64,000 nt of DNA from the human T2T-CHM13v2.0 reference genome, Homo sapiens: the NCBI RefSeq assembly GCF_009914755.1, contig NC_060925.1. One strand, written 5' to 3'. Of this stretch, positions 1-17,715 are shown piece by piece. The notes beneath the pieces were generated by a model. The model searched no databases, was not told where the DNA came from, and worked only from the letters and a program-made list of their open reading frames with translations. Every line of letters starts with the position of its first letter. Within the stretch, counting starts at the first letter, position 1. A program made the translations under genes and the position numbers.

Positions 1-278
1 ATGCCAACAAAGGAGATAAAATGGAATCACAAAAGATAATAAAAAAGGAGGCAGAAAAATAAGAAGAGAACAAAGAACAGATGACAAACAGGCAACAAAT
101 AGCAAGATGGTAGATTTAAACACAACCATATCAACAACCATGTTAAATGTAAGCAGCCTAAACAGCCCAATAAAAAAGGCAGAAATTATTACATTGGATA
201 AAAAAGCAAGATCTGATCATACACTGCCTACAACAAACCCACTTAAAATATAAAGACATAAATAGGTTAAAAAGATTA
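1..278 (+). mobile_element. Old L1M fragment (inter-ORF region and ORF2 endonuclease start)
   Basis: atggtagatttaaacacaaccatatcaacaaccatgttaaatgta... translates MVDLNTTISTTMLNVSSLNSPIKK, homologous to the L1 ORF2 N-terminus. Confidence 0.8.
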
Positions 279-1296
279 AGCTTCTAGAGATGGATAAGAT
301 GGAGTAAGCACACTTTACTCTCTCCCACTGAAGGCAGCTTTCAAACTTGGAAAGAATGTATGCAGTAGTATTTGAAGATGCTGAAAAGTCATTAGTAGCA
401 GACAGACTGGGAAAGGAGACCAGAATTTGAAGTACCACTGAACCAGCAGTGAGTTTATCCTTTTTTTTTCCCTCTAGTATACCCAGACTGAATTCAACAC
501 ATTCAAAAGCCCAGTAGTGAGTATTGGGGTGCATACAGAGAAAGATCCAGGAAAAGCCTCTCAAAGGGTGGGAAAAAGAACTCCTAATACTCAGAGAGAG
601 TGTGAAAAATCCCCCATTTTTTCCACTTTCTTTTCTCCATTTACTCATACCCCAACCTCCGGGCAATCCTGTCGTGATGGCAGTGAAAGCAGCAGCAGCT
701 GCAGCACCAGTAGCAACGGGAATCATCAGAAGTCAAAATTCTGAAAAAGGGAGACTTTCCTCTCTTTTGGTAGAGCAGTAGTTCTAAGAGGATGAGACCA
801 ATTCTCACTCTGTCTTTTTCTGTTTTCCTGCTGCTTGGACCTAGATATGCAAGTATACATCAGAAAGGGGTAACTGTTCTAAGTTTCTGGTGAGAGAACA
901 GAAAAGGGAAGCCTCAGGGAACCAGAAAGTACTAGGGAGATCACAGAGATGAAGAACTCAGGAGAGCAAGCCCATAAACTGGTTTATGAACTCCTGGCCC
1001 CAGCCCAAGTAGAGAACATGTAGATCTGTCCAATTCAGCATATAATAAACAGAAGTGACATTCATTGGAATTATAGGCCATAGCAGCCAGGTTGAAACTT
1101 GGGGTCTGAACCCAACCAGATAGACTGCCTACTAAAACAACAACTATCAACATAATCCGTAAGATTTATCAAAAACCAGCTGACTACAAAAAACTCACTT
1201 CAAATACAATGATATAGGTAGACTAAAACGATTAAAAGTTTAAACATGGAAAATATATTACCATGTAAACACTAATCAAAATAAAACTGGAATGGT

Positions 1297-1527
1297 TATA
1301 GTAGTATGAGACAAAGTAGACCTTGAACACGCACACAAAAAACAACACAGATAAAAAAGAATATCATGTAATAATAAAAGGGTCTGGCAGTAATCCCACG
1401 GTGGCTGGGATTACAGGCATGAGCCACTGTGGAATTACTAGCTGACCCTTTTATTATGACATAATATTCTTCTTTATCTGCATTGTTTTTTGTGTGTTCA
1501 AAGTCTGCTTTGTCTTATATTACTATA
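1297..1527. repeat. Imperfect inverted repeat (arms ~1297-1406 and ~1422-1527, 15-nt loop)
   Basis: tatagtagtatgagacaaagtagaccttgaac...gggtctggcagtaatcccacggtggct matches the reverse complement of agccactgtggaattactagctgaccc...gttcaaagtctgctttgtcttatattactata. Confidence 0.9.
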
Positions 1528-1529
1528 TG

Positions 1530-1790
1530 AGAGGTGGGTGTATTGTTTGAGCCTAGCAGTTCTAAGCCAGCCAAGGCAACATGGTGAAACTTCATCTCTA
1601 CAAAAACATGCAAAAATTAGCCAGCCATGGTTGTGCATGTCTGTGGTCCTAGCTACTCAGGAGAACAAGGTGAGAGGATCACTTGAGCCCAGGGAAGCTG
1701 AGGCTGCAGTGAGCCGAGATCACACCACTGCACTCCAGCCTAGGTGACAAAGTGAGGCCCTGTCTCAAAAAAATTAATAAATAAAAAGAA
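1530..1790 (+). mobile_element. AluJ-type element; its 5' end is rearranged into the inverted repeat
   Basis: Starts at gaggtgggtg...; linker ctacaaaaacatgcaaaaattagc; A-rich tail. Confidence 0.9.
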
Positions 1791-1901
1791 TTATTAGAGA
1801 TAACTACACATACAAATTGGACAACTTTAATGAAATCAACTAATTTCTCACAAACTCAAACTACCAACATTCACCAAAGATTAAACAGATATCTGAATAG
1901 T

Positions 1902-2182
1902 CTTTTTGTTTTTTGTTGTTATTTTGAGTTAAGGTCTTACTCTGTCACCCAGGCTAGAGTACAGTGGCACAATCATGGCTCACTGCAGTCTTGACCTCCC
2001 AGGCTCAGAAGATCCTCCCACCTTGGTCTCCCTAGTAGCTTGGACCACAGGTACATGCCACCATGCCTGGCTAATTTTTTGTATTTTTTGTAGAGATGGA
2101 GTTTTGCCACATTGCCCAGGCTGGTCTCAAACTCCTGGACTCAAGCAACTGGGATTACAGGTATGAGCCATGGTGCCTGGCC
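1902..2182 (-). mobile_element. AluJ with small internal deletion
   Basis: Antisense Alu; TSD aatagt on both sides. Confidence 0.9.
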
Positions 2183-2350
2183 AATAGTTGTATATTTACA
2201 AGAGAAATTGAATAGGTGGCCAAAAACTTTCTGAAAAATAAATCTCCAGTGACAGATGGTTTCACAGGCAAATTCTTCCAAATATTTAAAAAAGAAATAA
2301 TACCAATTTTATAAAATTTCATTCAGAAAAAAGAAAGAGGAATACTTCTA

Positions 2351-2813
<463 letters not shown>

Positions 2814-3801
2814 TTAGCATACCAAGTCCAGAAACATATACAAAGAATAATATACCACAACAAAGTGGGCTTTCTTCTGTGAATGCAAAGCTGTTTCAAT
2901 ATTTGAAAAGTAATTTATGTAATCCACCATATTAACAGTCTAAAGAATAAAAAACATGATCATACAATTTGACACAGAAGAAAGCATTTGACAAAATACA
3001 ACAACTGTTCATGACTAAAAACAACAGCAACAACAAAACTCTTAGCAAACCTGGAATAGAAGTAAATTTCTTCAACCTGGTAAAGGGTATCTACAAAAAT
3101 CCTCCATCTAACAAAATACTAAATGGTGAAAGACTCAATGCCTCCTTTCTAATATCGGGAATAAGGCAATGATGTACACTCTCCCCATTCCTATTGAACA
3201 CTGTACTGAAAATCTTAGCTGGTGCAACACAAGAAGAAAATGTAATAAAAATATACAGATTGGAAAGGAAGATATAAAACTATCCTTATTCAAAGATAAC
3301 ATGATTGTCTACCTAGAAACTCCCAAGGAATTTACAAAAAAGTGCAGTTAGCAAGGACTCAGTTACAAGATCATCATAAAAAAACCAAACATATTTCTTT
3401 ATGCTAGCAATATACAAATACAAACATAAATTAAAAAAAAAAACAATTATAATAACTTCAAAAAAGTAAAATATTTAGGTATAAGTCTAACAAAACATGT
3501 AGGCATCTATAGACTGAAAACTATAAAACAGTGATGAAAGAAATCCAGGAAGACCTAAATAAATAGAGAGATATACTGTGTTCACAGATTGAAGACTCAA
3601 TATAGTGAAGATTTCAATTTTCCTAAACTTGATATATAGGTTTAATGCAATATCAGTCAAAATCTCAGATATTTTAAAATATAGACAAGCTAATTTTAAA
3701 ATTTATACAGAAAGCCAAAGGAACTGGAAGAGCTAAAATAATTCTGAAAGGGAAGAATAAAGTTAGAGGAATCAAATGAACTTTAAGAAATACTATAAAG
3801 C

Positions 3802-4091
3802 AGCCAGGCATGGTGGTTCAAGCCTGTAATCCCAGCACTTTGGGAGGCTGAGGCAGGAGGATCATTTGAGGCCAGGAGTTCGAGACCAGCAAGGTCAGTA
3901 TCACGAGATCTTGTCTCTAGAAAAAAAAAAAAAGAAAAAATTGCCAGCCATGATGGTGCACAACTGTTGTGTCCCAGCTCCTTGGGAGGTTGAGACAGGA
4001 GGTTTGCTTGAGCCCAGGAGTTTGAGGCTGCAAGTGAGCTATGATCGTGCTACTGGACTCTAGGCTGGACAACAGCGTGAGACCCTGTCTC
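3802..4091 (+). mobile_element. AluJ lacking poly-A tail
   Basis: Ends gaccctgtctc and joins directly to L1 ccacacaaatatggcc. Confidence 0.9.
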
Positions 4092-5389
4092 CACACAAAT
4101 ATGGCCAATCGATTTTGCAAAAGAAATAAAATCAATTCAATGAAGCGAGGACAGTCTTTTCAATATATAGGACTGGACACTGAACACTAAACATTGAACA
4201 TCAATAAGCAAAATGAATAAACAAACCTCAATCTAAACCTCACATTTTGTACAAAAATGTTTAAACTGTTTAGAATAAAACACAGCAGGATATCTTTGTG
4301 ACCTGGGATTAGGCAAAGAGTTTTTATACATGTAACCAAAAGCAGACTCCATAAAAGAAGAAACTGGTAAGTTGGATTTCATTAACATTAAAAACTCTTG
4401 CTCTGACAAAGACACTATTAAAATATTGAAGAAACAAGCCACAGACTGGGAGAAAATATTTGCAAGACACATATCCAATAAAGGACTTGCATCTAGGATA
4501 GAAAACGAACTCTAAAAACTCAAAATAAGAATATGAACAAGTCAATTTAAAAATAGGCAAAAGATGTGGGTACTACTCTGAAGAGAATATACAAATGGCA
4601 AATAAGTACATGAAAAAATGTTCAGCATCATTAGCTCTTAGAAAAACGCAAATTAAAATCATTATGAAATATTACTACATACCAGTGAAAATGAGTAAAA
4701 TAAAAAATATTGACAATACCAAGTGCTGATGAAGATGCAGAACCAGAACTCTCATGCTTTGCTGGCGTGAATACAAAATGGTACAGGCGCTCTGGAAAAG
4801 CATTTGTCAGTTTCTTAAGTTAAATATACACTTACTTACCATATTACCCAGCAATCCCACTCCTGGGATTTCTCCCTAGAGAAATGAAAAGTTACGTTAA
4901 CAAAAAAAAAAAAAAACTGGTTATCAACATTTATAGCAGCTCCATTCATAACTGCCAAAAATTAGAAACAACCCAAATATCCTTTAACAGGATAAACAAT
5001 TTGTAGTACATTTATATAACAGAATACTACCCAGCAAAAAGAAAGAATAAACTATAGATACAGGCAACAACTTAGAGGAATATATCAAAGCCATTATGCT
5101 GAGTAAAAAAAGCCATCTAGAAAGGTAACACACTATATATTTCCATTTATATAACATTCTTAAAAAAAAACCAAAACTATAATGATGGAGAACAGATCAG
5201 TGGCTGCCAAGTGTTAAGAGTGTAACTACAATGGGAGGGAGTTTTTTGGGGTGATGGAACTGTTCATATCCTGGCTATGGTATAGCTTACTTAAGTTTAT
5301 ACATCTGTTAAAATTCACAGAACTGTACATCAAAAGAAAAAAGTCACTTTTATTGTGTGATATTTTTAAAAATACTATCTATTTTTAGA

Positions 5390-5830
5390 TTTCAAGGAAA
5401 AAAGAGAACAGGAAGAACAAGCAAAGGAGACTGAGATGGAGCTGCTAACAAGGTAGGAGAAAAACTAGGAGAGTGTGGTACCCTAAAAGCCTCATGAAGA
5501 AAATGAATCAAGGATGACAGTGATCAACTATACCAAAAACTGCTGATATTCAAGTAAGAAAAGGACTGAGAAGTGACAACTGGCAATGCAGAGGTGGCTC
5601 TGATGAGAATGGATCTGGCATAGTAAACACTTGTTGGAACAGATTTAAGAGAAAATGGGAGGACAGAAATTGGAGTTAACAAGTATAGATAACTCTTGAA
5701 ATATTGCTACAAAAGACAGTAAAGAGATAGGACAATAGCTGGTAGAATTAAGAGAATATTTTTTACTAAGAAATAAAAGTATGTTTTTATGCTAATGGGA
5801 ATATCCAATAGAGAATAAAAAGCTGATGAT
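5390..5830 (-). mobile_element. L2 fragment
   Basis: Purine-rich antisense L2 motifs (gcaaaggagactgag, gctgatattcaagtaagaaaaggactgagaag). Confidence 0.7.
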
Positions 5831-5983
5831 GTAGTCCAGCTTTTTTCAGCACTTATAACTATTCGTTTATACAGATACCTACCATGTTGTAACCATAGTC
5901 TGAAAACAAAAGCAAATATCATGTCATCAAAAACTTAACTGATTTGAAAAAAAAAAAAGTATAAAATACAAGTATCTGTTTCT

Positions 5984-5987
<4 letters not shown>

Positions 5988-6014
<27 letters not shown>

Positions 6015-6257
6015 GAGACAGAGTCTTGCTCTCACCCAGGCTGGAGTGCAGTGGTGCAATCTTGGCTCACTGCAACCTCCGCTTCCCCAGTTCAAGCAAT
6101 TCTCGTGCCTCAGCCTCCTGAGTAGCTGGGATTACAGGTGTACATTACCACGCCTGGCTAATTTTTGTATTTTTAGTAGAGACAGGGTTTCACCATGTTG
6201 GCCAGGCTGGTCTCGAACTCCTGGCCTCAAGTGATCCACCCGCCTCAGCCTTCCAAG
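5988..6257 (-). mobile_element. 5'-truncated AluS
   Basis: Poly-T head; TSD tgtttctagacttt / tgtttccagacttt. Confidence 0.9.
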
Positions 6258-6632
6258 TTGTTTCCAGACTTTATAGACTACACACACACACACAATTGTA
6301 TACGTACGTACTCATATTGACTATAAGCTCCATTGGCCAGCTCTATAAATCAACTTACTTTCCTATGAATATGCTTTATAGTACAGTCAAAGTAACTCCC
6401 TGATTACCCAGTCCACTCCTGACTCACCACATGACCATCCTTGGTCCTACATTACCCACATTTCTGTTATTAACTGTGAATCTAACTGAATTCTAAGTTT
6501 TCAAGGCTGAGAAATACAGTTCTGTTATTATAAATGCTCTATGGTTTCCCCACGTCCCAATGGACAAAAATGATATGTTCTGAATAACAAGTGACATCAT
6601 CTTTAATAAAAGAAAAGATTAGCATTATCAAC

Positions 6633-6794
6633 TTTTTTTTTTTTTTTAAACAGGGTCTCACTCTGTTGCCCAGGCTGGAGTGCGGTGGTACAATATTGGC
6701 TCACTGCAACCTCTGCCTCTCAGGCTCAGGAGAACTCCTGACTCAGCTTCCTGAGTAGCTGGGACCAACAGGCATTCACCATCATGCCCGGCTA
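6633..6794 (-). mobile_element. Alu right monomer (FRAM or truncated Alu)
   Basis: TSD tagcattatcaacttttt / tagcactatcaacttttt. Confidence 0.85.
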
Positions 6795-8539
6795 GCACTA
6801 TCAACTTTTAAAAGGGCTAAACATTATACCTAAAAATCTAAATTCTGAAAGTGGGAAATTCTAAATCAAAACATGGCTAAACTTCTACGTAGATACTAAT
6901 TTAAATAAAATGTCATACTAATTCAAGAGACAATTTTCTATAAAATTCCCTCCAATTACCACAAAGGAAAAGAGATAGACAGACAGATATGTTTATCAAC
7001 TTGCAGCTTCACTTGTAAATGTAGAATTACCATATAGAAAACGTTTTCTGCTTTGCAGAACACAACTGTACATTCAAATACAGTTCTAAGAAAGATCTCT
7101 TAATCTGTTCCATTGTTAGTTAAGTGGTTTACACATGCAAAAAAAAAAAAAAAAAAAAAGGAAGAAACCAGTTGGACATATATAATATGGAAAGGAAAAA
7201 ATGGGGATAGGAGAAATAATCTCAACATTTCTTATTTTTCCCCTTTCTAAAAATCCCTTCTTCTTACTCTTCCCTTTTCTCATCACCCACACCCCCAAAA
7301 AACACAAGATCCATGCCAAACCCCACAAAAGCCCTTAGGCCTCTCTCAAGCATGCAAATGTAATTTTCTACCCAGACAACACACTTCCTTTTTAATGAAC
7401 TCCAAAAACAATCTGTGAATGCCCACAGAAAAGAGGAAAATTGCAATAAAAAAAATAAAAACAGAGAGATGTGGGGGAGGGTCAAGATGGATATGGCAAA
7501 TCCAGAGTTTAAATAGACATAAAAGATAATGAAGGTGAAGGGATTGTAATCAAACAAAGTGGTTTGCAGTCTGTCATTTCATACAAATGAGACTCAGAGA
7601 AATATATGAATATTCACTTAAATCAAAATCATTCATTACAGGAGTGGTCCTTCAAGTGAAAGGATCTCTGTCAAGGCCCAATGTGGCTGTCATTCTTTGT
7701 TTCATTTTGTAATTTAAAAACACAAAAAAATTGTATATGGATAAAAAGAGAAAAAATAATGTTACATATGCACAAACCCATAAAGCCATCAAGAGAGGGA
7801 ACACATTTATTCATGATATAACCAAATACTACATCAAAATTAGGCCTTCAAAGAGTGTTCATAAATGATGAGACACTTCAATCACATGATTCAGGATCCC
7901 TCCAGATGCACATTATGATTCAGATTTGAACACTAAATAAAGTAGGCCAAAGGGTAGGGTGGGAGGACTTGAAGAAAAACACAATGCAAAAAAGGTCATC
8001 AAAATGAAAACTGTCTTCTTGCCACACAATTTGAAGAGAAGTTTCATTGAAAAAAAAAAAAGCTGTAAACCAATTTAGGCTGAAATAATTGCTACATTTT
8101 ATAATCTAACCTCTTAATAGTGAATAGAATTCTTCTCCCTGCTTAAGGATCAAATTGGTTGGGCTCTACACTTGTCTGGCACCATGCTGTGGGCTATTTC
8201 TTTTAATGTATAACCAATCAAAGATGTATTCAGGCTTTTGTGAGATCCAAAGCTTTGTAACTAACTGCATATTCTAGAGCATCATGAAGTTTCTCTAAAA
8301 GGAGCAGACAAAGCTATACACAGTGATAGCCTCCCTCGGATAGCTAATATTCATTCCTCAAAGGTAGACACTGAACCCTTTATAATATACCAAATACAGA
8401 CACTTTTTCTTATAGTGCTTGTCCTATAATATTCATACTAATTTTTTTCTTCCTTCAATTTGTATCAACACACCATAAGATCACAGCTGCTTAAGGGAAT
8501 AACAACAACAAAACTCTTCAAAATACATATTAATAATTG

Positions 8540-8841
8540 TGGCTGGGCATGGTGGCCCATGCCTTGTAAGCCCAGCACTTTAGAAAGCCAAGACGCAAGG
8601 ACTTCTTGAGGCCAGGAGTTTGAGACCAGCCTGGGCAATATAGTAAGACTCCACCTCTACAATTTTTTTTTTTTTAATTAGCAGGGCATGGTGGCACATC
8701 TATAGTCCTAACTGATACTAAAGCAGGAGGGCTGCTTGAGTCTAGGAGTTTGAGGCTGCAGTGGGCTAGGATCGTACCACATCACGCTAGCCTGGTCAAC
8801 AGAGCAAGACCTTGTCTCTAAAACTAAAAGAAAAACAAAAA
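8540..8841 (+). mobile_element. AluJ
   Basis: Diverged dimer with AluJ-like cttgaggccaggagtttgag. Confidence 0.9.
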
Positions 8842-9445
8842 CATGATTGTCACATGTACAAACACAGTAAAATAATCTACCAATAGTAAGTACTAACTGA
8901 AAATCATACTACGTTTTCAGGCTTCATGATAAATGTCATCAACTGAATATACAATTTAGCACAAATCTTTATGGAATGATTATGCTCATATAAGGCATAC
9001 ATAAACACTATACCATTGTTAAATTTATAACTGATGGATGAAAGTAATTTCACATATTGGCATACATGTTACAAAGCACTATCAAGGGACTGATTTATAG
9101 CTTTTTAAAACCTTCCTAACAAAATACATTAAGGTAACCAAATCAAATCATGGAGATAAGGATGAAAGAACATACATAACTGTAGTATATGAGTTAAATC
9201 TTGCTTTCATTTATCTATAACAGGCTCATTACCCATTGCATCCACATGGAAGTACAGAACACAGAGTTAAATATTTGTTTATATTAAAACATAACATCTA
9301 TCTTCATAATAAATCTATTTCAAGTTTATCACATTCTTTATAAAACAATACTTTGTTCATTTTTCCCTATAAATTACGTTGAAACAAAAATTAATCCATT
9401 AACTTTTAAACTACCATATAAAAGGGACAAGAAGGAACATATACT

Positions 9446-9766
9446 CTGGGCATGGTGGCTCACACCTATAACTCCAGCTTTGGGAGGCCAAAGTGGAAGG
9501 ACCACTTGAGGCCAGGGTTCAAAGATCAGCCCAGGAAACATAGCAAGACCACATCTCTACAAAAAAATTTAAATATTAGCAGGGCATGGTGGTGTACACC
9601 TGTAGTCCTAGCTACTCAGGAGGCTAAGGCAGGAGGACTGTTTGAGCCCAGGAGTTCGAGGCTGCAATGAGCTCTGATCACACTACTGCATTCCAGCCTG
9701 GGTAACAAAGTGAGACTCTATCTCTTAAAAAAAAAAAAAAAAAAAAGAAAAAGAAAAGAAAAAAAG
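9446..9766 (+). mobile_element. AluJ
   Basis: Dimer plus long A-rich tail. Confidence 0.9.
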
Positions 9767-10030
9767 AAGATACATGAATAGGCAATAACCATTTTGAAAA
9801 CATAGTTACATCAATCATTAAGAAAATGCAAATAACCACATTGAGATACCATTTCACATCCACTAGGATGGCTGTAATAAAAACACCAGAAACTATGAAG
9901 TATTGACGAGCATCAGGAGAAACAGGAACCCTTGTAACATTGCTAGTAGTATGTAAAATGGTGCAGGTGCTGTGGAAAACAGTTTGCCAGTTCCTTAAAA
10001 AGTTGAACACAATTACCATATGACCGAGCA
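9767..10030 (+). mobile_element. L1M fragment (ORF2 3' end)
   Basis: gagataccatttcacatccactaggatggct...gtggaaaacagtttgccagttcc. Confidence 0.8.
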
Positions 10031-10139
10031 TGCTGAGTTTGAGGCAGAAGAAAGGCATCCAAATAGAGATGTTCATTTGCTTAGAATGCATTTACTACGA
10101 TTTCTGCTCGTTGAAATTTTATCTTTCCTCTATCCACCT

Positions 10140-10960
10140 TCCAGCTCCCCTTTCTGCCCCTATACCCTTAACTCTTTGCAATTATTCTTTCCTTCTGTGA
10201 TCCTTTAGCACATTTACATTTCTACTATTACTCTTATTACATTGTTTTATATCATAATTATTTTTCTACATGTTTGTCTTGTCGACCAGATAGTGAGTTT
10301 CTTGAGAGCAGCGAGAAAATGAAGTCTGGTATATTACTTTCATTTATCCCACAAGATCTTGCCCATGATCAGTACTTAATAAATCTATCAACAATAATCC
10401 AGGGAAAGACCCAGACCTTTATGTGACCTAGATAACATCACCTAAACTTCCACATTGCCATTTGCAAGATGAACAGAAGGAACCCAGGATTCTCTGTAAT
10501 TCCAGCATGACTCCTGATCTTCCCCTTGCTCAACATTCACGGCTTCACTATGCCTTGAGACTTTCAGAACTAATTTCATAATGTCTTCTATGCCCTGTCA
10601 CTCCAAGGAGTCCAGAGCTTCCAGGTCATCCCTCAGTGCCCAGGTTCTAATCCACATATGTCTCTATGGACAATGAGACAAATTCTCCATATGCCTCAGC
10701 ACTACTTATTTCCCCCACTTCTCTGCCTTATTTTTCACCATAGTATTTACTACCATCTGATTATTGAGTTAATATATATATACTTAAAAGTTATATATTT
10801 ATATATACTTAAAAATGGTCTATGTCAACCTTTAAGTATAAGTTCCATGAGGGCTGAGATAAAAGTCTGTTTTATTCACTGTGGTAACTCCAGAACCTAC
10901 AATAATACCTGGTTCATGGTATGGCTTGATGGATGTTTGCAAAATAAATAAATGAATATA
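10140..10960 (+). mobile_element. L2 3'-end fragments (with possible MIR remnant)
   Basis: gtgagtttcttgagagcag...cagtacttaataaat; agttccatgagggctgagat...aataaatgaat. Confidence 0.6.
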
Positions 10961-12793
10961 TATTTCATTTGTTAATTTAGCCAACAAATATTAAGTGCCT
11001 ATAATATACCCCTAGGATACATTAATGAAGAAGAAAGGCACATTTTCTATAATTATGAAGGATTATAAGGAAAGAGAAGACATTAAACATTACATAATTG
11101 CATATAATTATTATATATAATTATGACAAATGTTCTCAAGGAAAGTATAGGACATATAACAGGGATACCTAACCTAGTGGGATTAGGAAGGCCCAACAAA
11201 ATACACTGAAGCAAAAACTGAAGGATAAGCAGGAATTAGGTAAGCAAAGAAGGGTAAAAAAGACAAGACAAAAAGAATGTGCCAAGACTCGAAAAAGGAA
11301 CATGTTTTCTGTTTAGCAGCTTTACTGAGAAAAAATTGACATGCAATAAATTGTACCTATTTAAAGCATATAATTGTTAAGTTTTGACACATGTTAAGTT
11401 TGACGTGAGTTTTGACATACATGAAACCATCACCACTATTGAGATAATGAACATATCCATCTCCACCTTGGCACATAATTTTTATTTACTCAACTGGTAC
11501 TTATTGGTATCTACCATGTGTCAGGTCTTGAGTATGCATTGGTGTATGATCCCTGCCCTTTTACAGTTCAATAGATGTCTAATTCAAGGAAGCAAAAGAA
11601 AGGCAGGGCAACAATGTCTGGGGAGGTAGGTAAGGGCTATATTCTGCAGGGCCATGTAGACCATACTTGGATTTTTATACAAAGACCAGTGAGAGGCAAG
11701 CAGGGCCAAGCCATGCTGAACTTGAACAGGACCTCATTAGAAGGCATTCAGCAGGGCAGTGATATAATCATATTTCTTTTCAGAAAGATCTGACCAAAAA
11801 AAAAGTGAAGAACAGAGAAGAGAAAGTCAAGAGTGGTTTCTGGGGGAACCAGTTACGCAAGTGCAATAATCCTGGCAAGAGACGATGGTAGTTTGGCCAA
11901 GGTGGTGGTGGCAGATAAGTTTTACATTGGTTCAAGAGATAATTAGAAAGCAGAACCATCAGGAGTTGGTGATGGGTTAAATATGATGAGTAAAGAAAAT
12001 GGAGCACGTCTATAGCCATCTGATCTTTGACAAAGTCAACAAAAATAAGCAATGGGGAAAGGACTCCCTATTCAATAAATGGTGCTGGGTAGCTGGTTAG
12101 AGATATGCAGAAAAATGAAACTGGACCACTACCTTTCACCATATGCAAAAATAACTCAAGATGGATTAAAGATTTAAATATAACATCTCAAACTATAAGA
12201 ATCATCTATAAGAAAACCTAGAAAACACCATTCTGGATGCTGGCCTTGGGAAAGAATTTATGACTAAGTCCTCAAAAATATTTGCAACAAAAACAAAAAT
12301 TGGCAAGTGAGACCTAATTAAGCTAGAGGGCTTTTACACAGCAAAAGAAACTATCAACTGAATAAACAGACAACCTACAGAATGGGAGTAAATATTCTCA
12401 ATCTACGCATCTGACAAAGGGCTAATATCCAGAATCTATAAAGAACTTAAACAATTCAACAAACAAAAAACAAATAACCCCATTAAAAAATGGGCAAAAA
12501 TGCAAACAGACACTTCTCAAAAGAAGACATACAAACAGCCAGCAAACATGAAAAAATACTCAACATCGCTAATCATCAGAGAAATGCAAACCAAAACTAC
12601 AATGAAGTGCCATTTCACACCAATCAGAATGGCTACTATTAAAAAGTTAAAAAAAAAAAAAAAAGAAAAAAGAAAAAACAGATGCTGGTGAGACTGCAGA
12701 GAAAAAAAAAACACACTTGCACACTACTGGTGGTAATTTAATTCAGCCACTGTGGAAAGCAGCTTGGAGATTTCTCAAAGAATTAAAAATAGA

Positions 12794-13074
12794 GGCCGGG
12801 CTCAGTGGTTTACGCCTGCAATCCCAGCACTTTGGGAGGCCGAGGTGGGCAGATTACCCGAGGTCAGAAGTTCGAGACCAGCCTGGCCAACATTGCGAAA
12901 AATATAAAAATTAGCCAGATGTGGTGGTGTGTGCCTGTAGTCACCACTACTCAGGAGGCTGAGACATGAGAATCGCTTGAACCTGGAAGGCAGAGGTTGT
13001 GGTGAGCCAAAATTGTGCCACTGCCCTCCAATCTGGGCAACAGAGTGAGACTCTGTCTCAAAAAAAAAAAAAAA
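12794..13074 (+). mobile_element. AluS
   Basis: TSD aaagaattaaaaataga. Confidence 0.9.
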
Positions 13075-13259
13075 GAATTAAAAATAGAATTACTATTAGA
13101 CTCCCCAACATTACCAGGTATATATCCAAAAGAAAATAAATCATTCCACCAAAAACACACATGCACTCATATGTTTACTGCAGCACTATTCACAATAGCA
13201 AAGACATGGGATCAATCTAGGCACTGATCAACAGTGGACTGGATAAAGAAAATGTGGTA

Positions 13260-15634
<2,375 letters not shown>

Positions 15635-16329
15635 AAAGAAAACATGGTATATATACACCATGGAATACTACACAGCCATAAAAAAAGAATGAAATCATGG
15701 ATGCACCTGGAGACCACTATCCTAAGTGAATTAATGCAGAAACAGAAAACCAAACACCACATGTTCTCACTTACAAGTGGGAACTAAACACTGGATACAC
15801 ATGGACACAAAGATGGCAATATTAGACACTGGGGATTACCAGAGAGAGAAAGGAGGGAGGGGGGCAAAGACTGAAAAACTAACTATTGAGTACTATCCTC
15901 ACTATATGGGTGACAGGATCAATCATACCCCAAACATCAGCACCACACAATATACCCATGTAACAAGTCTACATATGTACCCCTGAATCTAAAATAAAAG
16001 TTGAAATTATTTAAAAAAAAAAAGAAACAAAGAAAATGGAGAAGTCAAAGATAATTCTCAGTTTTCTGGCTGTACAATTAGTTGAATGTGATGTCATTTC
16101 CAAGACAGGGGACTCTGGAGGAGGAGGACTTTGATGGGAAAAGAGTTCAGTCTTGGACATGCTGAGTTTGATGGGCTAAAAAGATATGTAAATGGACATA
16201 CCCAGAAGGCACTTAACTATACCTAATTTGGGTAGAGTAGGAACGTACTGCATATGTCGGGGTAGTGTGGGAAGTTAAAAAAAAAAAAAAAAAGAACACA
16301 CTGCACAGGTGATTGAGAAAGGCCAGTTG

Positions 16330-16555
16330 GGCAAATAAAACAAATGGCATCTAGATTGGAAAGGAGTAAGTAAAACTATTCTCTCTATTCACAGATAGCA
16401 TGATCTTGTATGTAGAAAATCTTTAAGAATCTACACAAAAATTAACAGAGACAATAAGAGAGTTCAGCAAAGTTAAAGCCTCAAAGCACAACCTCAGTTG
16501 AACTTTACACACTTCCAATGAACAATTCAAAACTGAAAATAAGAAAATAATCAAA
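16330..16555 (+). mobile_element. L1M ORF2 fragment
   Basis: agattggaaaggagtaagtaaaactattctctctattcacagatagcatgatcttgtatgtagaaaat. Confidence 0.7.
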
Positions 16556-17680
<1,125 letters not shown>

Positions 17681-17715
17681 TACATATATTTTGTATGTAT
17701 ACTACTATACATATA

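Noticed and set aside
217-781. 169-aa and overlapping ORFs with a poly-Ala stretch
   Set aside because: They lie inside an old L1 5' region; the Ala run comes from a short (gca)n tract; no splice or homology support.
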